From Felis catus (Eukaryota): a stretch of 64,000 bases of DNA. Positions 61,472 through 64,000 of the stretch are shown piece after piece. The stretch's first letter is position 1, and the number at the start of each line of letters is the position of its first letter. A program made the translations under genes and the position numbers. The stretch covers positions 114,950,001-115,014,000 of the forward strand of contig NC_058368.1 of assembly GCF_018350175.1 (NCBI RefSeq), in the 5' to 3' direction. Below the pieces are notes generated by a model. It was not told where the DNA came from and did no database searches. It was given only the letters and a program-made list of their open reading frames with translations.

Positions 61472-64000
61472 TCTTTCATGTTGTTAAGCCTTCTGTCTGG
61501 AATTATCTCTTCTTCCTAAAGCATCTTTGTTACAAACTTAGTAGGGGGAGGGAAGATCTGTCTGGAGTAAATGATCTTGGGTTGTTTTTAGTCTTTATTG
61601 TGCCCCAAATCTTAGAGATAACAGTTTTGTTGAATGTATAGTCCTAGGATTATCCCCCTGCCAGGTCCCCAACTCCAGTGATTTGAAGATACTATTTCCC
61701 CATCTTTGGCATCCGTCATTGCTGTTAAGTCATCAGTCAGTCTTTCTGAGCTTACTTTGTGGATAATTTGTATTTACTTTCTGTTTTTAAGACCTTGTTT
61801 TAAAACTAGAGTATTTGTTGTTGTAAAGATTCACTGTAGTATGTCTGGTTATGGATTTCTTTTTATTCCCCTATTTAGACTTTGTGTTCACAAATCTGAA
61901 ACTTATATTTCATCCACTCTGAAAATTTTTCATTCTCTCTTTCACTATTGCCACTCCCCCTTTCTCTGTCTTTGTTTCTGAATCCCTCATGGTGGAATAG
62001 TAGATACTTTCAGTGTAATTGCATGTCTCTTAATTTTGTGCATTGTCTCCATATTGTGAAAATTTCTTAGTTTTCCTGAATAAGTTCTTAAGTTTGATTT
62101 TACAGGTTAGTACGTCTCTTTTTAACAGTACGTGATATATACTAAATTTCTAGGAGGTATAGAAGTTACAGATTTTCTCTTGAAGTTCTACTTTGATCCT
62201 TCTTAAATATGGCTAGTCATTTTTTACTGTATTTTAACTTTGTATGTTTGCTTTTCTTTCATTTCTGTTAACATAATATATTTTTTAATACTCTAGTTTT
62301 GATCATTTGAGTATCTGTAGTCATTATGAATCTGATTACACAATTGTTTTGCTTACTCCTGCCCAAGATAACTTATTTCCTGGTGTACTTCCTGCAATTT
62401 TTATTGTAAATTTACCTTCCTGTAATTTTGTATATGAGAATTCTTTGAGGCCTGGGCTTGGATGACCTTCTATCAGAGAAAATTTCCATTTATATTTGCT
62501 TCTGCCAGTTGCTTAGGGACACCTCACCTTGTGAGGGCCAAGGTGTATTGGTCCATTAAAAACCCAAATTCTAATCACAGAATGGAACATATCCATTTCT
62601 CTATTTCCCACCCCTGTGCAAGCACTGTTTTCAGTGGTTTCTTTTATAAAACTCTTTGAATTTCTGCTTTCTTATGTCTAGCCTCTGATAATTTCCCTCA
62701 ATTACCTGGTTAGCCCTGCATCAAAAACCAAAAAAGAGTTGGAAGGTATAAATTGCAGAGTATAAAATTCACACCTACCCCTTTTAAGTGTACAACTCTG
62801 ATTTTTACTAAATTTGTAGAAGTATGCATCCATTACCACAATCCAGTTTGGAATTTTTCTATCATCCATGCATACTTCATTTTTTGGTAAGATATTTTGT
62901 TACTCCTAATAAGGTAGCCAACACCCTTTCCTCAAATTGGAAAGTTGGAGGCTTATCCTCTGTTCCATCATCATTTCTCTTGTGGATTTGGGAATAACTG
63001 GTAGAAGTTTCTTGAGTGGTTCTGAAATTTATATGATGTGTAGTTGGGACTTCTCACTTGATGCATGTCAAGTTTACAAAGTTGAGTTACTGTTATTTTG
63101 GACTTGTTGAGAGCTCAGACTCAACCATTTTAAAGAGGAAAACTTAGGTGGTAGCATGACCCAGAGCCACAATGGCAAGTAATGCAGGTTTTGAGCTTCA
63201 GCCTCTTGAGCTTTATGGTTATGGTTGTGGACTTGAGCTCCCTTTTCCAAAGTTCTTTTCACTTGTTTTACTCCCCACAATGGGCATAGGCTGTTAGGTT
63301 ATTAATTTACCACCAAGAACAAAAAGAAATCTCACTTCCTGCAGAGGTTCCAGAGTAAGGGGCAGTGGAGCCCCTCAGCCAAATATGAAGGAGAAGCAGT
63401 TACTGAGGGCCGTGGGAAGAAACTTGTGCTGACCTTACACAAATTTAACCTTCATTTAAAAGTCATCAACACATGTATAATAGAGGAGAAATTGTCATAA
63501 TGGGTTTTTTTCCCCACTATGGAACTTCATAAATTTTATTTAAGAAGAGAAAATCTAGTATAAAGGTAGTATAAAGTTGTCTTTTTTTGTAGTGTGCAGA
63601 TGTCATATTTGTTGATATGACACAGCCTGGCTGTGACATTTCTTTTTTCCTCCACAGCATAAATTGTTACTGTGCTACTCCTAAAACCAGCAAAAATCCA
63701 GGGCTTTTTTTTTTTTTTTTTTTTTTTTAAATCAGGGAGTTGCTGGTTTTCTGAAATGTTCTGCTCTTCTCTAAGGTCCAAACTTCCACAGTGTAGGCAT
63801 AGATAGTACAAGAGGCCTTCATGATTTCAAAGCTTATGATTTCATAGGTCATACATAGTGTCAGTCTTAGGCCACCTCTTGAATTAGCAAGAATCAAAGA
63901 CATTTAAACTGTTCATACACAAGTTACCGTGATAGCAGAGATATTCCCAGAGAAAATCTAGAAGTAACTGCAGAGTGTTCTGCCAGGTTCTCTGGAAGTT

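Larger units (their letters stand above)
60700..62900 (-). mobile_element. Highly decayed old L1M-like sequence
   Basis: T-rich with L1-antisense motifs (e.g. ataaaattcacac...ttttaagtgtacaa...catccattaccacaatccagttt at ~62760-62850). Confidence 0.5.
52873..64000 (+). other. CTNNA1: CTNNA1 intron following exon 9 (runs off the window)
   Basis: Donor at 52873. The next expected exon (VANLACSIS...) was not seen before 64000. Confidence 0.85.

Overview
Mammalian (carnivore, very probably felid, judging by SINEC_Fc-type Can-SINEs) AT-rich genomic DNA lying inside the alpha-E-catenin gene CTNNA1 (+ strand). Most of the window is the large intron preceding two CTNNA1 coding exons at 51328-51408 and 52720-52872 (equivalent to human exons 8 and 9). 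Nested antisense in that intron is the complete two-exon LRRTM2 gene (516 aa; ATGG at 39630-39627, main exon 39274-37728, long 3'UTR to about 33.6 kb). It has a CRE/TATA promoter near 40.1 kb that looks bidirectional. The rest is about 40 Can-SINEs, a ~5 kb decayed L1, other L1/L2/MIR/LTR/DNA-transposon relics and simple repeats. The nested arrangement is known biology, and I see no wholly new gene system. The most promising unexplained signals are: a dual-use LRRTM2 exon 1 (overlapping uORF, hairpins, and a candidate 27-nt CTNNA1 poison microexon on the opposite strand); a candidate alternative CTNNA1 first exon; an inverted SINE pair abutting the exon 8 acceptor; a pseudoknot-like inverted repeat at 164-212; and a perfect 127-bp tandem duplication. 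Repeat boundaries and subfamily calls are by eye and approximate.
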